Source: Deinococcaceae bacterium (lineage in GTDB: Bacteria > Deinococcota > Deinococci > Deinococcales > Trueperaceae). From it: DNA of 42,881 nucleotides. Shown here one piece after another: positions 1 to 9,040 of this stretch (the first letter of the stretch is position 1; each line of letters opens with the position of its first letter). The position numbers and the translations under genes are program-made. The stretch covers positions 1-42,881 of the forward strand of contig JBDZWC010000009.1 in the NCBI GenBank assembly GCA_040256005.1, given 5' to 3'. The notes below the pieces were generated by a model that was given only the letters and a program-made list of their open reading frames with translations, searched no databases and was not told the DNA's origin.

Positions 1-309
1 CAGCATGCCTGGCCCCTGCAGCGTGGCCGTGGCGCCGCCGTCGGAGACGTCGAGGTAGACGTCCACCACCGAGCGGTTGAACCCGCCTGGCTGCGACTCG
101 TCGAGCTCCACGGCGCCCATCGCGACCCGTAGCGTGGCCGGCTCACCCTGGGCGGCCCCCGCGACGACGCTCACCTCCTGCAGGTCGAGGAGGGCAGCGT
201 TGGCGTAGACCGGTGAGGTGGGCGGCTCGAGGGTGCCGTCGCCGGCCGCGTCGCCGGTCGGATCGGTGAGCGTCAAGAGGGCAGCGGCCGCCAGCGCCAG
301 GAGGCTCAC
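1..309 (-). CDS. Glucodextranase DOMON-like domain protein (runs off the window edge)
   Basis: Manual translation from GTG at 309, which overlaps the yvcK stop (GTGA): MSLLALAAAALLTLTDPTGDAAGDGTLEPPTSPVY...DLQEV...FNRSVVDVYLD. Signal-like N-terminus plus a DPxGD...DL...DVYLD pattern. Confidence 0.6.
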   Translation of the reverse strand, partial: MSLLALAAAALLTLTDPTGDAAGDGTLEPPTSPVYANAALLDLQEVSVVAGAAQGEPATLRVAMGAVELDESQPGGFNRSVVDVYLDVSDGGATATLQGPGML

Positions 310-1661
310 GTGGGCGCCTCCACCAGCGGCGCGCGTGATTCGCTCACCGGCTGTCTGCGGTACAGCCTGGCCGTCCGGACCAGCGCCGTCGCCAGCTTGG
401 CGCTGTCGTGCTGCGCCAGTCGACCCTCGACGAGCAGCGGTAGGCACTCGACGGGCACCCCTGCGGCCTCGAAACGCTCGCGCGCGACGGCGACGACCTC
501 GGCGCCCTCGGCCGCGTACGACCTCAGACGCTGGTCATCGAGGGGGGCGTCGTTGCAGATCACGACGTCGGGACAGCGGCTGCCGTGCTGCATGAGCGCT
601 TCCACGTGGTCGTAGGCGTCGAGGCCGTCGGTCTCCCCGGCCTCAGTCATGATGTTCGCGACGTAGACCAGCCGGGCGCTCGAGCGCTCCATCGCGGCGC
701 GCACGCCCGGGACGAGCAGGGGAGGGATCGTGCTGGTGTAGAGGCTGCCGGGCCCCAGCACGATGAGGTCAGCACGCAACAGCGCCATCTCCACCTCGGG
801 CAGCGTGCGCGGGGCCGCGGGCGTGAGCGCCACGGAAGCCACGGGACCGGTCACCTCCCGCACGGCGCTCTCGCCCTTGACGACGCGTCCGTCACGCTTC
901 GTCACCTCGAGAGTGACGGGCTCGGCCGTAGCCGGGTACACGGATCCGGACAGGTCGAGCAGCTCGTTGAGGACCCTCAGCGCCTGACCGAAGTCGCCCT
1001 CGTGCTCCCGCAGCGTCGTGATGAGCAGGTTGCCGAAGGTGTGGCCCTGTAGCTCCTCGCCGCGCTCGAAGCGGTGCTGCAGCAGGCGGCTGAGGCTCGA
1101 CTCGTCTGACGAGAGAGCCGCCAGGCAGTCGGTAAGGTCGCCGGGGGCCGGCATGTCGAACGCCTTGCGCAGGCGGCCAGAAGAGCCACCGTCATCGCTC
1201 ACGGCCACGATCGCGGTGAGGTTGGAGGTGTGCTCGCGCAGACCGCGCAGGAGGTTCGAGGTCCCCGTGCCGCCGCCCAGTATCACGATGCGCGGGCCCC
1301 TGCCCAGCAGCACGCGCTTGTGCAGCAGCTCGGCGGCGTCCTGTGGTCGCGGCATCCAGTTCGACAGCAGCGAGCGGTTCAGCCGACCGACGGCCGCGGT
1401 GGCTACCGCGACGCCGATGACGACGAGCACCAGGGATACCCAGCCGCCCCAGACCTGCCAGGGAGCGGAGACCAGCACGGTCTCGATGGGGTCGGCCAAC
1501 GTCTCGCGCCGCTCGTTGAACCACCACAGGACGCCGCCTATCACGCCGGCCACCATCACCAGGGCGCCCAGCACGGCCAGCGCGACGTGCCGCTTCACCC
1601 CCATGCCAGGCACCAACCACAGGCGCCAGGCGTCGAGCCCGGTCCGGCGACCGCCCTTCAC
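306..1661 (-). CDS. yvcK: YvcK/GlmR family UDP-GlcNAc-binding protein with N-terminal membrane segments
   Basis: Motifs GGGTG, DDGGSSGRLR, GHTFGNL and LGPGSLYTS; lies directly downstream of rapZ. Confidence 0.93.
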   Translation of the reverse strand: MKGGRRTGLDAWRLWLVPGMGVKRHVALAVLGALVMVAGVIGGVLWWFNERRETLADPIETVLVSAPWQVWGGWVSLVLVVIGVAVATAAVGRLNRSLLSNWMPRPQDAAELLHKRVLLGRGPRIVILGGGTGTSNLLRGLREHTSNLTAIVAVSDDGGSSGRLRKAFDMPAPGDLTDCLAALSSDESSLSRLLQHRFERGEELQGHTFGNLLITTLREHEGDFGQALRVLNELLDLSGSVYPATAEPVTLEVTKRDGRVVKGESAVREVTGPVASVALTPAAPRTLPEVEMALLRADLIVLGPGSLYTSTIPPLLVPGVRAAMERSSARLVYVANIMTEAGETDGLDAYDHVEALMQHGSRCPDVVICNDAPLDDQRLRSYAAEGAEVVAVARERFEAAGVPVECLPLLVEGRLAQHDSAKLATALVRTARLYRRQPVSESRAPLVEAPT

Positions 1662-2533
1662 GCCGCCTCGCCCCCGTGCCCGGAGTGCTCGGCCAGCGCC
1701 TCCTCGAGATCGCGGTGCTGCACCGTCGTGCGCAGGCCGTCCGCCAGGTCGAGGCTCAGCCTCTCGGCAACGGCCACGGACCTGTGCTGGCCCCCGGTGC
1801 AGCCCACGGCGACCGTGTAGGCAGACCTGCCCGCGGCGCCGGCGGCCTGAGCCGTCAAGGTCCTGACCAAGCTGCGCAGCTGGCTGTAGGTCTCCAGCGC
1901 CTCGGGCGTGAAGACGTACGCCTGAACGCGCTCGTCGGTGCCGGGCAGCGGTCTCAGGAACTCGTCGTAGAAGGGGTTGGGCAGGCCCCGCACGTCGAGG
2001 ACCGTGTCGGCGTCCGTAGGCACGCCGCGCTTGAAGCCGAACGACACGAGCCGCAGCAGGAAGCCGTTGCCGGCCTGGAAGCGGTCCCGCAGGGTCTGAG
2101 TGAGGGCGCGCGCCGAGGTCGAGGTGGTGTCTATCGCCTCGGCCGCCAACTCCCGCAGCGGCCTCAGCTTCCGGCGCTCCGTCGCCAGGTCAGACGTCAG
2201 CGTGCCCTCGGCCAACGGGTGCGTGCGCCGCGTGAAGTTGTAGCGCCGCACCAGCACCTCGTCGTTGGCGTCCAGGTAGAGCACCTCGGGGGCATGCCCC
2301 AGCTCCTCGAGGCGCTGGATCGCGGCCGGTGCCTGCTCCAGGTAGTCGCCGGCCCGTATGTCTATGCCGACCACGACGCCGCGCTCGGCGCCGGACAGCA
2401 GCTCCAGGAGTTGCGGCCAGAGGGTGGGCGGCAGGTTGTCGACCGTGTAGAAGCCGATGTCCTCGAGCGCATGCAGGGCCGTGGTCTTGCCCGACCCGCT
2501 GACCCCCGTCAGGACCACGAACGGCAGCTTCAC
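1658..2533 (-). CDS. rapZ: RNase adapter RapZ/YvcJ P-loop protein
   Basis: Motifs GVSGSGKT, DNLP, TRRTHPL, SFGFKRG and GCTGGQHRSV. Start moved to GTG 2533, which overlaps the upstream stop. Confidence 0.93.
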   Translation of the reverse strand: MKLPFVVLTGVSGSGKTTALHALEDIGFYTVDNLPPTLWPQLLELLSGAERGVVVGIDIRAGDYLEQAPAAIQRLEELGHAPEVLYLDANDEVLVRRYNFTRRTHPLAEGTLTSDLATERRKLRPLRELAAEAIDTTSTSARALTQTLRDRFQAGNGFLLRLVSFGFKRGVPTDADTVLDVRGLPNPFYDEFLRPLPGTDERVQAYVFTPEALETYSQLRSLVRTLTAQAAGAAGRSAYTVAVGCTGGQHRSVAVAERLSLDLADGLRTTVQHRDLEEALAEHSGHGGEAA

Positions 2534-3204
2534 GGCATGCCGCCGTTCCAGCGGCATGCGACGACGGTGTCGCCGCGCTCGACGATCGCGGCGTCGCCAA
2601 CCTGCGCCAGCAGGGTGCCGGGGCAGACCACGTACCTCCCGGAGCCCGTCTCCAGCGCCGCGAACGTCGAGCCCCCCACGGACGCGCTCACGTACCGGCC
2701 GGCAGGGGTGACGGCGCTGAGCGGCGGCAGCTCGCCACCGTCCTGCACCATGCGCCAGCGTTCGCCGTCGTGGACGACGGTGGCCGGCACGCCGGCCACC
2801 TGCACCTCGAAGCTGACGGGCCCGTCGTCGGAGACGAGGCGCCAGCCGTAGCCGTTGAGGAACCCTATCGACTCGGACACGCAACCTGGGGCGAGCGCGC
2901 CCGGTGTGAGCTCAACCGGCTGCGCCTCGGCGGTGACGTGGCCGCCTAGCGCGCGCGCCATCGCCTCCGCCGCCTCTCTGGTGTCGAAGCAGCCGACGCG
3001 GACCCTCACGAACTGCCTGCCCCGGTCCATGGCGAACTCGGTGTACGCCGGGAAGCCGAGGTCTTGCAGCTGCTTGACCGCCGACTGCGCCTCGACGTAG
3101 TCGCGCAGCGCCACGGTCTGGACGGCCCAGCCCGCCTGCGCCCCGGCCGCCCCGACGCAGCACAGCGCCAGGACGGCCGCGAGCGTCGACACGGTGCGCC
3201 TCAC
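2530..3204 (-). CDS. Exported SPOR-domain protein
   Basis: Signal peptide, then WAVQTVAL...A...L...GFPAY...VRVRVGCFDTREAA (SPOR-like). GTG 3204 overlaps the hisH stop. Confidence 0.75.
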   Translation of the reverse strand: MRRTVSTLAAVLALCCVGAAGAQAGWAVQTVALRDYVEAQSAVKQLQDLGFPAYTEFAMDRGRQFVRVRVGCFDTREAAEAMARALGGHVTAEAQPVELTPGALAPGCVSESIGFLNGYGWRLVSDDGPVSFEVQVAGVPATVVHDGERWRMVQDGGELPPLSAVTPAGRYVSASVGGSTFAALETGSGRYVVCPGTLLAQVGDAAIVERGDTVVACRWNGGMP

Positions 3205-3848
3205 CTCGCCACCGCCGCTACGACCGAGCGCCGCAGGTTGGAGAGGATCCGCCACCCCACGGCCTGGCTCTTCTCCGGGTGGAACTGGGTCGCGTGCAGG
3301 TTGCCCAGGGTGAACGCGCTCTTGAACGTGGTCTCGCCGTACGTCGTCTCAGCCCCGGGCGCCAGCGCAGCGTCTCCGGCCAGGACGGCGTGGTACGAGT
3401 TCGCGTAGTAGACGTAGGACCCGGGTGGCACGCCCCGCAACAGGGGAGAGTCGCCGTTCGGCATGAGGGTGTTCCAGCCCATCTGAGGCACCCGCACCCG
3501 GCCGCGGAAGCGTTTGACGGTGCCAGGCACGATGCCAAGGCCGGGCACCTGTGGGTCCTCCTCGGACCCGTTGCACATCAGCTGCAGCCCGACGCAGACG
3601 CCGAGGAAGGGCCGATCGGCCGCTATGTGTTCCCTCACCAGCGGCTCGAAGCCCGAGCGGGCGAACATCTCCGCGACCTGTCCGAACCGCCCCTGGCCGG
3701 GCAGCACCAGCAGGTCCGCCCCGCGCGCCTCACTCGGCCGCGTCGCCACGCTGGGGGCGAGGCCGGCCCGGGAGAGGGCCCTGGCGATGCTGTGGAGGTT
3801 CCCGGCCCCGTAGTCGATGACGACCGTGCGCACGGCGGGCTGCGGCAT
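3201..3848 (-). CDS. hisH: Imidazole glycerol phosphate synthase, glutaminase subunit
   Basis: Motifs IDYGAGNL, PGQG, GVCVGLQ, PQMGWN and QFHPEKS. Confidence 0.96.
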   Translation of the reverse strand: MPQPAVRTVVIDYGAGNLHSIARALSRAGLAPSVATRPSEARGADLLVLPGQGRFGQVAEMFARSGFEPLVREHIAADRPFLGVCVGLQLMCNGSEEDPQVPGLGIVPGTVKRFRGRVRVPQMGWNTLMPNGDSPLLRGVPPGSYVYYANSYHAVLAGDAALAPGAETTYGETTFKSAFTLGNLHATQFHPEKSQAVGWRILSNLRRSVVAAVAR

Positions 3849-4453
3849 CAGATCACCCCCTTGGTAGAGGGCAGGTCGTCGCGGGTGACACGCGTGGCGA
3901 GGTGCAGAGCCCTGGCGAACGCCTTCATGACGGCCTCGCAGACGTGGTGGGTCTCCTCGCCCGCCAGCACGCGCACGTGGAGCGTGGCGCCGGCATGGTT
4001 CGCGAAGCCGCGCAGCAGCTCGCGCAGATGGAACGCGTTGAAGCCACCTGGCTCGCCCTGGAAGCCGGCGGCCGCGAACGACAGGTACGGCCGGCCGGAG
4101 AGGTCGAGAACGACGTGGGCCAGCGTCTCGTCCATGGGCACGAAGGCGTCGGCGTAGCGCTCGATACCAGCGCGGTCACCCAGGGCTCGGCCCAGCGCCT
4201 GACCCAGCGTGATGCCGACGTCCTCGGCCAGGTGGTGCACGTCCACGTGCAGGTCGCCCTCGCCGGATATCGCCAGGCCCAAGCGGCCGTGACGTCCCAG
4301 CTGGTCGAGCAGGTGGTCGAGGAAACCGTGCCCGGTCGCGATGGTGGGCCCGCCGGTGGCATCCGTGTGGCCTCCGCCGGCGGGGTCGAGGTCGACCCTC
4401 ACCTTGACGCGGGTCTCGCTGGTGGCGCGCTCGATCTCGGCCGTCCTAGCCAT
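3848..4453 (-). CDS. hisB: Imidazoleglycerol-phosphate dehydratase
   Basis: Motifs TGHGFLDHLL, GDLHVDVHH, PMDETL, HHVCEA and PSTKGVI. Confidence 0.96.
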   Translation of the reverse strand: MARTAEIERATSETRVKVRVDLDPAGGGHTDATGGPTIATGHGFLDHLLDQLGRHGRLGLAISGEGDLHVDVHHLAEDVGITLGQALGRALGDRAGIERYADAFVPMDETLAHVVLDLSGRPYLSFAAAGFQGEPGGFNAFHLRELLRGFANHAGATLHVRVLAGEETHHVCEAVMKAFARALHLATRVTRDDLPSTKGVI

Positions 4454-5564
4454 CGCTGTGTGCCCCCTGGGTGATGACGCTCTCCATGGCGCTCAGGAAC
4501 GCATCGTTCTCGTGCGGATGCCCGGCTGTGACCCGCAGGCAACCCGCCAGGCCCGGCAGGTGGTCCTGGCGCCTCACCACGACACCGCGGTCCAGCAGCG
4601 CAGCGTGAACGGCCGTAGGGTCACCGACGCGGAACAGCACGAAGTTGGTCTCGCTGGGGAACACCTCGATGCCTGGTAGGAGAGAGAGGGTCGCTGCCAA
4701 CCGGCGCCGCTCGTCCTTAGCGACACGGACGCGGGCCTCCACGAGGTCGGGACGCCGCAGCGCCAGGAGGCCGGCCGCGACCTGGAGCGCTCCCACGCTG
4801 AACGGCAACAGCACCTTACGTACCTGCGTCGCGATGTCCGGCTTCGTGAGCAGGTAGCCGAGGCGAGCTCCGGCCAGGCCGGCTGCCTTGCTGAACGTGC
4901 GCAGCACCGCCACGTTGTCGAACCGGCGGGCCAGATCGAGGTCGTCACCCTCGGCGAAGTCCACGTACGCCTCGTCCAGCACGGTGAGCCAGCGGCCCGT
5001 GGCGGCGGCGCTCGACACGAAGCGCTCCAAGCCGACCGCGTCCAGCCGGTTGCCGGTCGGAGCGGCGGGATCGGCGAGGAACGCCACGCCGGCCCTACCC
5101 TCGAGCGCGGCCGTGAGCTCCTGCTCGGGCAGCGCGAACCTCTCGCCCAAGGGCACCTCGACCAGTTCCACGCCCAGGAGCCCGGCCTGGGCGGCGTAGA
5201 CGGCGAAGGTGGGCGCCACGGTCAACACGGAGCGGCCCAGCCCGGCGGCGATCACCAGGGCCTGGATCAGCACGTTCGAACCGGCGGCCACGACGACGCC
5301 GTCGGGGTCCCAACCGACACGGTCAGCCAGAGCGACCTCGAGGTCCACCGGGTGCAGCTGTGGGTAGCGGTTCAGGTCCAGCGCCGCGACGGCCTCGGCC
5401 AGTTCCTTGGCCAGCACGGCGCCAGGGTCGTCCGGAGCTTCGTTCTGGTCGAGCTTGACCGGCTGCGGATGGTGCCTGAAGTGGTAGGCGGGCGACCGCC
5501 GCACCTCGTCCCGGATGACCATGGCGTCCATGCTAGCCCCGGTGCGCTGCGGGGCGGGGGTCAC
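4446..5564 (-). CDS. hisC: Histidinol-phosphate aminotransferase
   Basis: Motifs KLDQNE, NRYP, DEAY and the PLP-lysine motif RTFSKAAGLAGARLGY; his operon context. The start could instead be ATG 5532. Confidence 0.9.
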   Translation of the reverse strand: MTPAPQRTGASMDAMVIRDEVRRSPAYHFRHHPQPVKLDQNEAPDDPGAVLAKELAEAVAALDLNRYPQLHPVDLEVALADRVGWDPDGVVVAAGSNVLIQALVIAAGLGRSVLTVAPTFAVYAAQAGLLGVELVEVPLGERFALPEQELTAALEGRAGVAFLADPAAPTGNRLDAVGLERFVSSAAATGRWLTVLDEAYVDFAEGDDLDLARRFDNVAVLRTFSKAAGLAGARLGYLLTKPDIATQVRKVLLPFSVGALQVAAGLLALRRPDLVEARVRVAKDERRRLAATLSLLPGIEVFPSETNFVLFRVGDPTAVHAALLDRGVVVRRQDHLPGLAGCLRVTAGHPHENDAFLSAMESVITQGAHSDG

Positions 5565-5569
5565 TGGCC

Positions 5570-7702
5570 CTACTCCGCCGTCCTCTCGCGGGTGGCCGCG
5601 ATCAGCTGCTCGAGGGTGGGCCCCAGGTCGGGGTCGAGTTCCACCGCGCGCTCGAGCTCGGTGAGGGCGCGCTGGTGGTCCTGCAGGGTGAGGTAGGCCA
5701 ACCCCAGGTTGAGGTGGGCCTGGGCGTTCTGGTCGTTGGCCGCGATCGCGCTCCTGAGGTTCTCGAGCGCCAGGTCCACACGCCCGGTCTGCAGGTACGC
5801 GTAGCCGAGGTTGTTCATCACGATGTCGCTCTGCGGCAGCGACTCGAGGGCCTGCTGGTAGTCGAGGATCGCGCCCCTGTCGTCGCCGGTGAGCTGGCGG
5901 GCGTAGCCGCGGTAGAAGGCCGCCAGCGGGTTGCCTTCCTGCGCGGCGAGCGCCCGCGTGAAGGCGTCGCGCGCCGCCACCGCGTCTCCCACGTCGAGCG
6001 CGTACAACCCCTGCTGGAAGGCCACGCCGGCCTCCTCGTTGAAGGTGATGTCGGCGTCGCCGGTCAGCTGGCTCTGCTGCTCGAGGATCGAGACGCTGCG
6101 CTGAGCCAGCGCGTTGTCCGGGTCGAGCTCGAGAGCTCGCTCGAGGACCCCGCGACCCTCCTCGAGGCGGCCCATGCGCACCAGGGCGGTGCCGTAGAGC
6201 GCCTGGAGCTGCGGGTCATCGGGTGAGGCCTCCGCGAGGGGCCTCAACAGCTCCAGGGCGCCCGCCGCCCTGCCCGCCGCGAGGTACACCTCGGCGAGGC
6301 CCAGGTCTACCTGGGCGCCGGTACCGCGTTGGGCCTCGAAGACCTGCTTGGCGCCCTCGAGGTCCCCGCTGCGGGCCAGCCCGACGGCCAGCATGCCGCC
6401 GACCTCGCGGTTGTTCGGGTTGGCCTCGTACACGGGCCTGAGGAGCTCGGCGGCGCTGCCGGGCTCGCCGGTCTTGATGAGCAGGTCGGCCCTGGCGACG
6501 TCGAGCTCGGTACTGTCGGGGAAGACCTCCTCGCCGGCGCTCACCAGCTCCAACGCCTGCTGGGCATGCGAGGCGGGTAACTGCCGCGCCAGGGCGTAGA
6601 GGCCCGCCGAACGCGACAGCGGGTCCGCTACCGACTGCTGGAGGTAGCTCAGTGCATCGTCGACGGCGCCTACGTCCAGCAGCTGGTCGACGACGGTCGC
6701 GCGGAGGAGCACCGAGTCGGGTGCGTACCGCTCGGCCCGCCGCAGCGTCTGAACCGTCCGTTGGGGGTTGGACTGCAGGGCGGCCAGGCGCAGGTAGGCG
6801 TCGATGAAGCGAGGGTAGGCGTCGATGGCGGCTTGCAGGTCGGCCGTCGGGTCACTGCCCGCGAGCTCCGGAAGGGAGGCGCGGCCCGCCAGCGCGATGG
6901 CGTGGTTGGGGTTCGTCTCCAGCGCGCGGCCGAACGCCGCCGCGGCCTCCTCGGCCCGGCCGGCGGAGCGCAGGACGACACCGGCGGTCGCCTGCACCTC
7001 GGCGTCGGCCGGCGCCGCCTCGGCGGCCAGGGTGGCGTACGCGGCGGCGGTGTCCATGTCGCCGGCCAAGGCCGCCACCTTGGCGTACTCGGACAGCACC
7101 CAGGCGGAGTCCGCGTCCAGCTCGGCGGCCACGCTCAGATCTGTGACGTTGGCCCCCGGCAGGCTGGAGGCGGCGAGTCCCGTGGGACCGAGGCTCGGCA
7201 GCGACGGCGTGTCAGCGGCCGCCGCCCTGACGCGCTCCATGACCTCGGCCGGGACCTGCGGCGCCACGACGCGGGCGACGCCCTCCGCCACCTGCACCGC
7301 CAGGTCCGCGGGGTCCTGGCCGCTGGCCTGCACCGTCTGGACCTGTCCCGCGATGTCGACGTTGACCGTCGCCTGCACGCCGCCACCGCCCAACGTCACC
7401 TGGCCGGTGACTAGAGCGCCTGCGTCGAAGAGGCGTCCCACGGTCTGGTTCACGTCGGCCTCGGCGTCCAGCGCCTTGTTGGCCACCAGGGCGACGTCCC
7501 CGATGGGCGGAGCGTAGACGCCCGGGACCTGGTTGAGGGCCCTCTGCACCGCGCTGGGCAGACCCAGCTGATAGGCCTGGGTGTTGGCGGCTGCGTCGAA
7601 GGGGAAGACGGCGACGCGGGTTACCTGCGCGGACGCGACGCTCAGCACAGCGGCGCAAACGACCGCCAGGAGGCGAGCTATTGACTTCGAGCTGGTCGGC
7701 AT
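5570..7702 (-). CDS. Exported tetratricopeptide-repeat protein with a TolB-N-like N-terminal domain
   Basis: Signal peptide, RVAVFPF, then multiple TPR-like units (ALELDPDNA, NNLGYAY, AHLNLGLAY). Confidence 0.85.
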   Translation of the reverse strand: MPTSSKSIARLLAVVCAAVLSVASAQVTRVAVFPFDAAANTQAYQLGLPSAVQRALNQVPGVYAPPIGDVALVANKALDAEADVNQTVGRLFDAGALVTGQVTLGGGGVQATVNVDIAGQVQTVQASGQDPADLAVQVAEGVARVVAPQVPAEVMERVRAAAADTPSLPSLGPTGLAASSLPGANVTDLSVAAELDADSAWVLSEYAKVAALAGDMDTAAAYATLAAEAAPADAEVQATAGVVLRSAGRAEEAAAAFGRALETNPNHAIALAGRASLPELAGSDPTADLQAAIDAYPRFIDAYLRLAALQSNPQRTVQTLRRAERYAPDSVLLRATVVDQLLDVGAVDDALSYLQQSVADPLSRSAGLYALARQLPASHAQQALELVSAGEEVFPDSTELDVARADLLIKTGEPGSAAELLRPVYEANPNNREVGGMLAVGLARSGDLEGAKQVFEAQRGTGAQVDLGLAEVYLAAGRAAGALELLRPLAEASPDDPQLQALYGTALVRMGRLEEGRGVLERALELDPDNALAQRSVSILEQQSQLTGDADITFNEEAGVAFQQGLYALDVGDAVAARDAFTRALAAQEGNPLAAFYRGYARQLTGDDRGAILDYQQALESLPQSDIVMNNLGYAYLQTGRVDLALENLRSAIAANDQNAQAHLNLGLAYLTLQDHQRALTELERAVELDPDLGPTLEQLIAATRERTAE

Positions 7703-7767
7703 GACGCGGCAGTATAACCGTGTGCGGTGAGAACCCTGACCCCGTGACGGGGGCCAGTTTTACCCGT

Positions 7768-8220
7768 TCAGGACGGCAGCTTCTCGGGTCCGAACGCGCC
7801 CGGCAAGAGCCCGCTGACGGTCGTCCGTATGACGTCGCCGCGGTGGTTCACGAGGAACACCTCGGCGTCGGGCGCGAACTCGTACAGCACCTGCCGGCAG
7901 GCCCCGCACGGAGACGATGGCTCATCGGACTCCGTGTAGACGACGACCTGGCTGAAGGAACGAGCGCCCGCGGTCGCCATGGCTTGTACCGCCGATTGCT
8001 CGGCGCACCGCGTCAACCCGAAGCTGGCGTTCTCCACGTTGGCCCCGGCGTACACCTCGCCGTCGCCGGCCCGGAGCGCGGCGCCCACGCCGAAGCCCGA
8101 GTATGGGATGTAGGCGTTGCGGAACGCCGCCTTGGCCGCGGCGAGGAGGTCCTCGGGCGGTCGTTGCGCCGCCCCGGCCGGCCGGTGAGGGCCCGGGCCG
8201 TTGGCCGAGGAGCCGCTCAC
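7768..8220 (-). CDS. cdd: Cytidine deaminase
   Basis: Motifs PYSGFGVGAAL, GANVENAS, CAE and PCGACRQ. GTG 8220 overlaps the dgkA stop. Confidence 0.93.
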   Translation of the reverse strand: MSGSSANGPGPHRPAGAAQRPPEDLLAAAKAAFRNAYIPYSGFGVGAALRAGDGEVYAGANVENASFGLTRCAEQSAVQAMATAGARSFSQVVVYTESDEPSSPCGACRQVLYEFAPDAEVFLVNHRGDVIRTTVSGLLPGAFGPEKLPS

Positions 8221-8597
8221 CCGCCACCCCATGACGAGAGCCGCGCCAGGAGCGGGGGGCCCAGCACCACGAGGCCCACGACCACCGCGCCGATGGAGGC
8301 GGTGAGCACCGCCGCCGCCGCGAGGTCCTTGGCGGTGCCGGCGAGCTGGTGGAAGTTCGGCGAGGCCAGGTCCACGACGGCCTCGATGGCGCTGTTCATC
8401 AGTTCCATGGCCAACACGACCGTGCAGGCGATGACGATGGGCGCCGCGGGCGCCCTGAGCCACGCCGCCAGCCCGAGCGCCAGCAGGCCTACCGCGACCT
8501 CGAGCCTCAGGTTCGGCTGCGTCGACCAGGCGCGCGCCAGCCCCGCTCCCGCCACCGCGAACGACCTGCCAAGCCTCGCCCTGTTCAACGTGCTCAT
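8217..8597 (-). CDS. dgkA: Diacylglycerol/undecaprenol kinase, DgkA family
   Basis: ELMNSAIEAVVDL...AKDLAAAAVL; ybeY-dgkA-cdd context. Confidence 0.9.
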   Translation of the reverse strand: MSTLNRARLGRSFAVAGAGLARAWSTQPNLRLEVAVGLLALGLAAWLRAPAAPIVIACTVVLAMELMNSAIEAVVDLASPNFHQLAGTAKDLAAAAVLTASIGAVVVGLVVLGPPLLARLSSWGGG

Positions 8598-9040
8598 ACC
8601 TCCACCTGCGGCCCCAGTATGTCAACGGCCCGGGCCTGGGCTGCGCGGAACGCACCCCAGTCGGCCTCCGTCTGGTGGTCGTGCCCCAGCAGGTGCATGA
8701 GGCCGTGAGCCGCCAGGGTCATGAGCTCCGCAGCTAGCGGGTGTCCGGCGACCTCGGCCTGTGCCGCCGCCGTGTCGAGGCTGATGAGCACGTCGCCCAG
8801 GTGGGGCGTGCGCGGATGCCCGACGTCGGTCGGCTCGTGCAGGGGGTACGAGAGCACGTCGGTGGGTCCCGCCACCCCGCGGTCCCGCTCGTTGAGGCGC
8901 GCGATGGCGTCGTCGTCGACGATAACCACGGTCGCCTCGTCGTCCGCTTGGCCGAGCTCCGCGAGCAGCTTGCCGAGCGCGCTCGCGATGTCAGGAACGC
9001 GAGGGCAGCGTCCGGTCTCGTCGATCACCTCTACGCCCAC
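8594..9040 (-). CDS. ybeY: rRNA maturation endoribonuclease YbeY
   Basis: Motifs PTDVLSYP and HGLMHLLGHDH. Confidence 0.95.
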   Translation of the reverse strand: MGVEVIDETGRCPRVPDIASALGKLLAELGQADDEATVVIVDDDAIARLNERDRGVAGPTDVLSYPLHEPTDVGHPRTPHLGDVLISLDTAAAQAEVAGHPLAAELMTLAAHGLMHLLGHDHQTEADWGAFRAAQARAVDILGPQVEV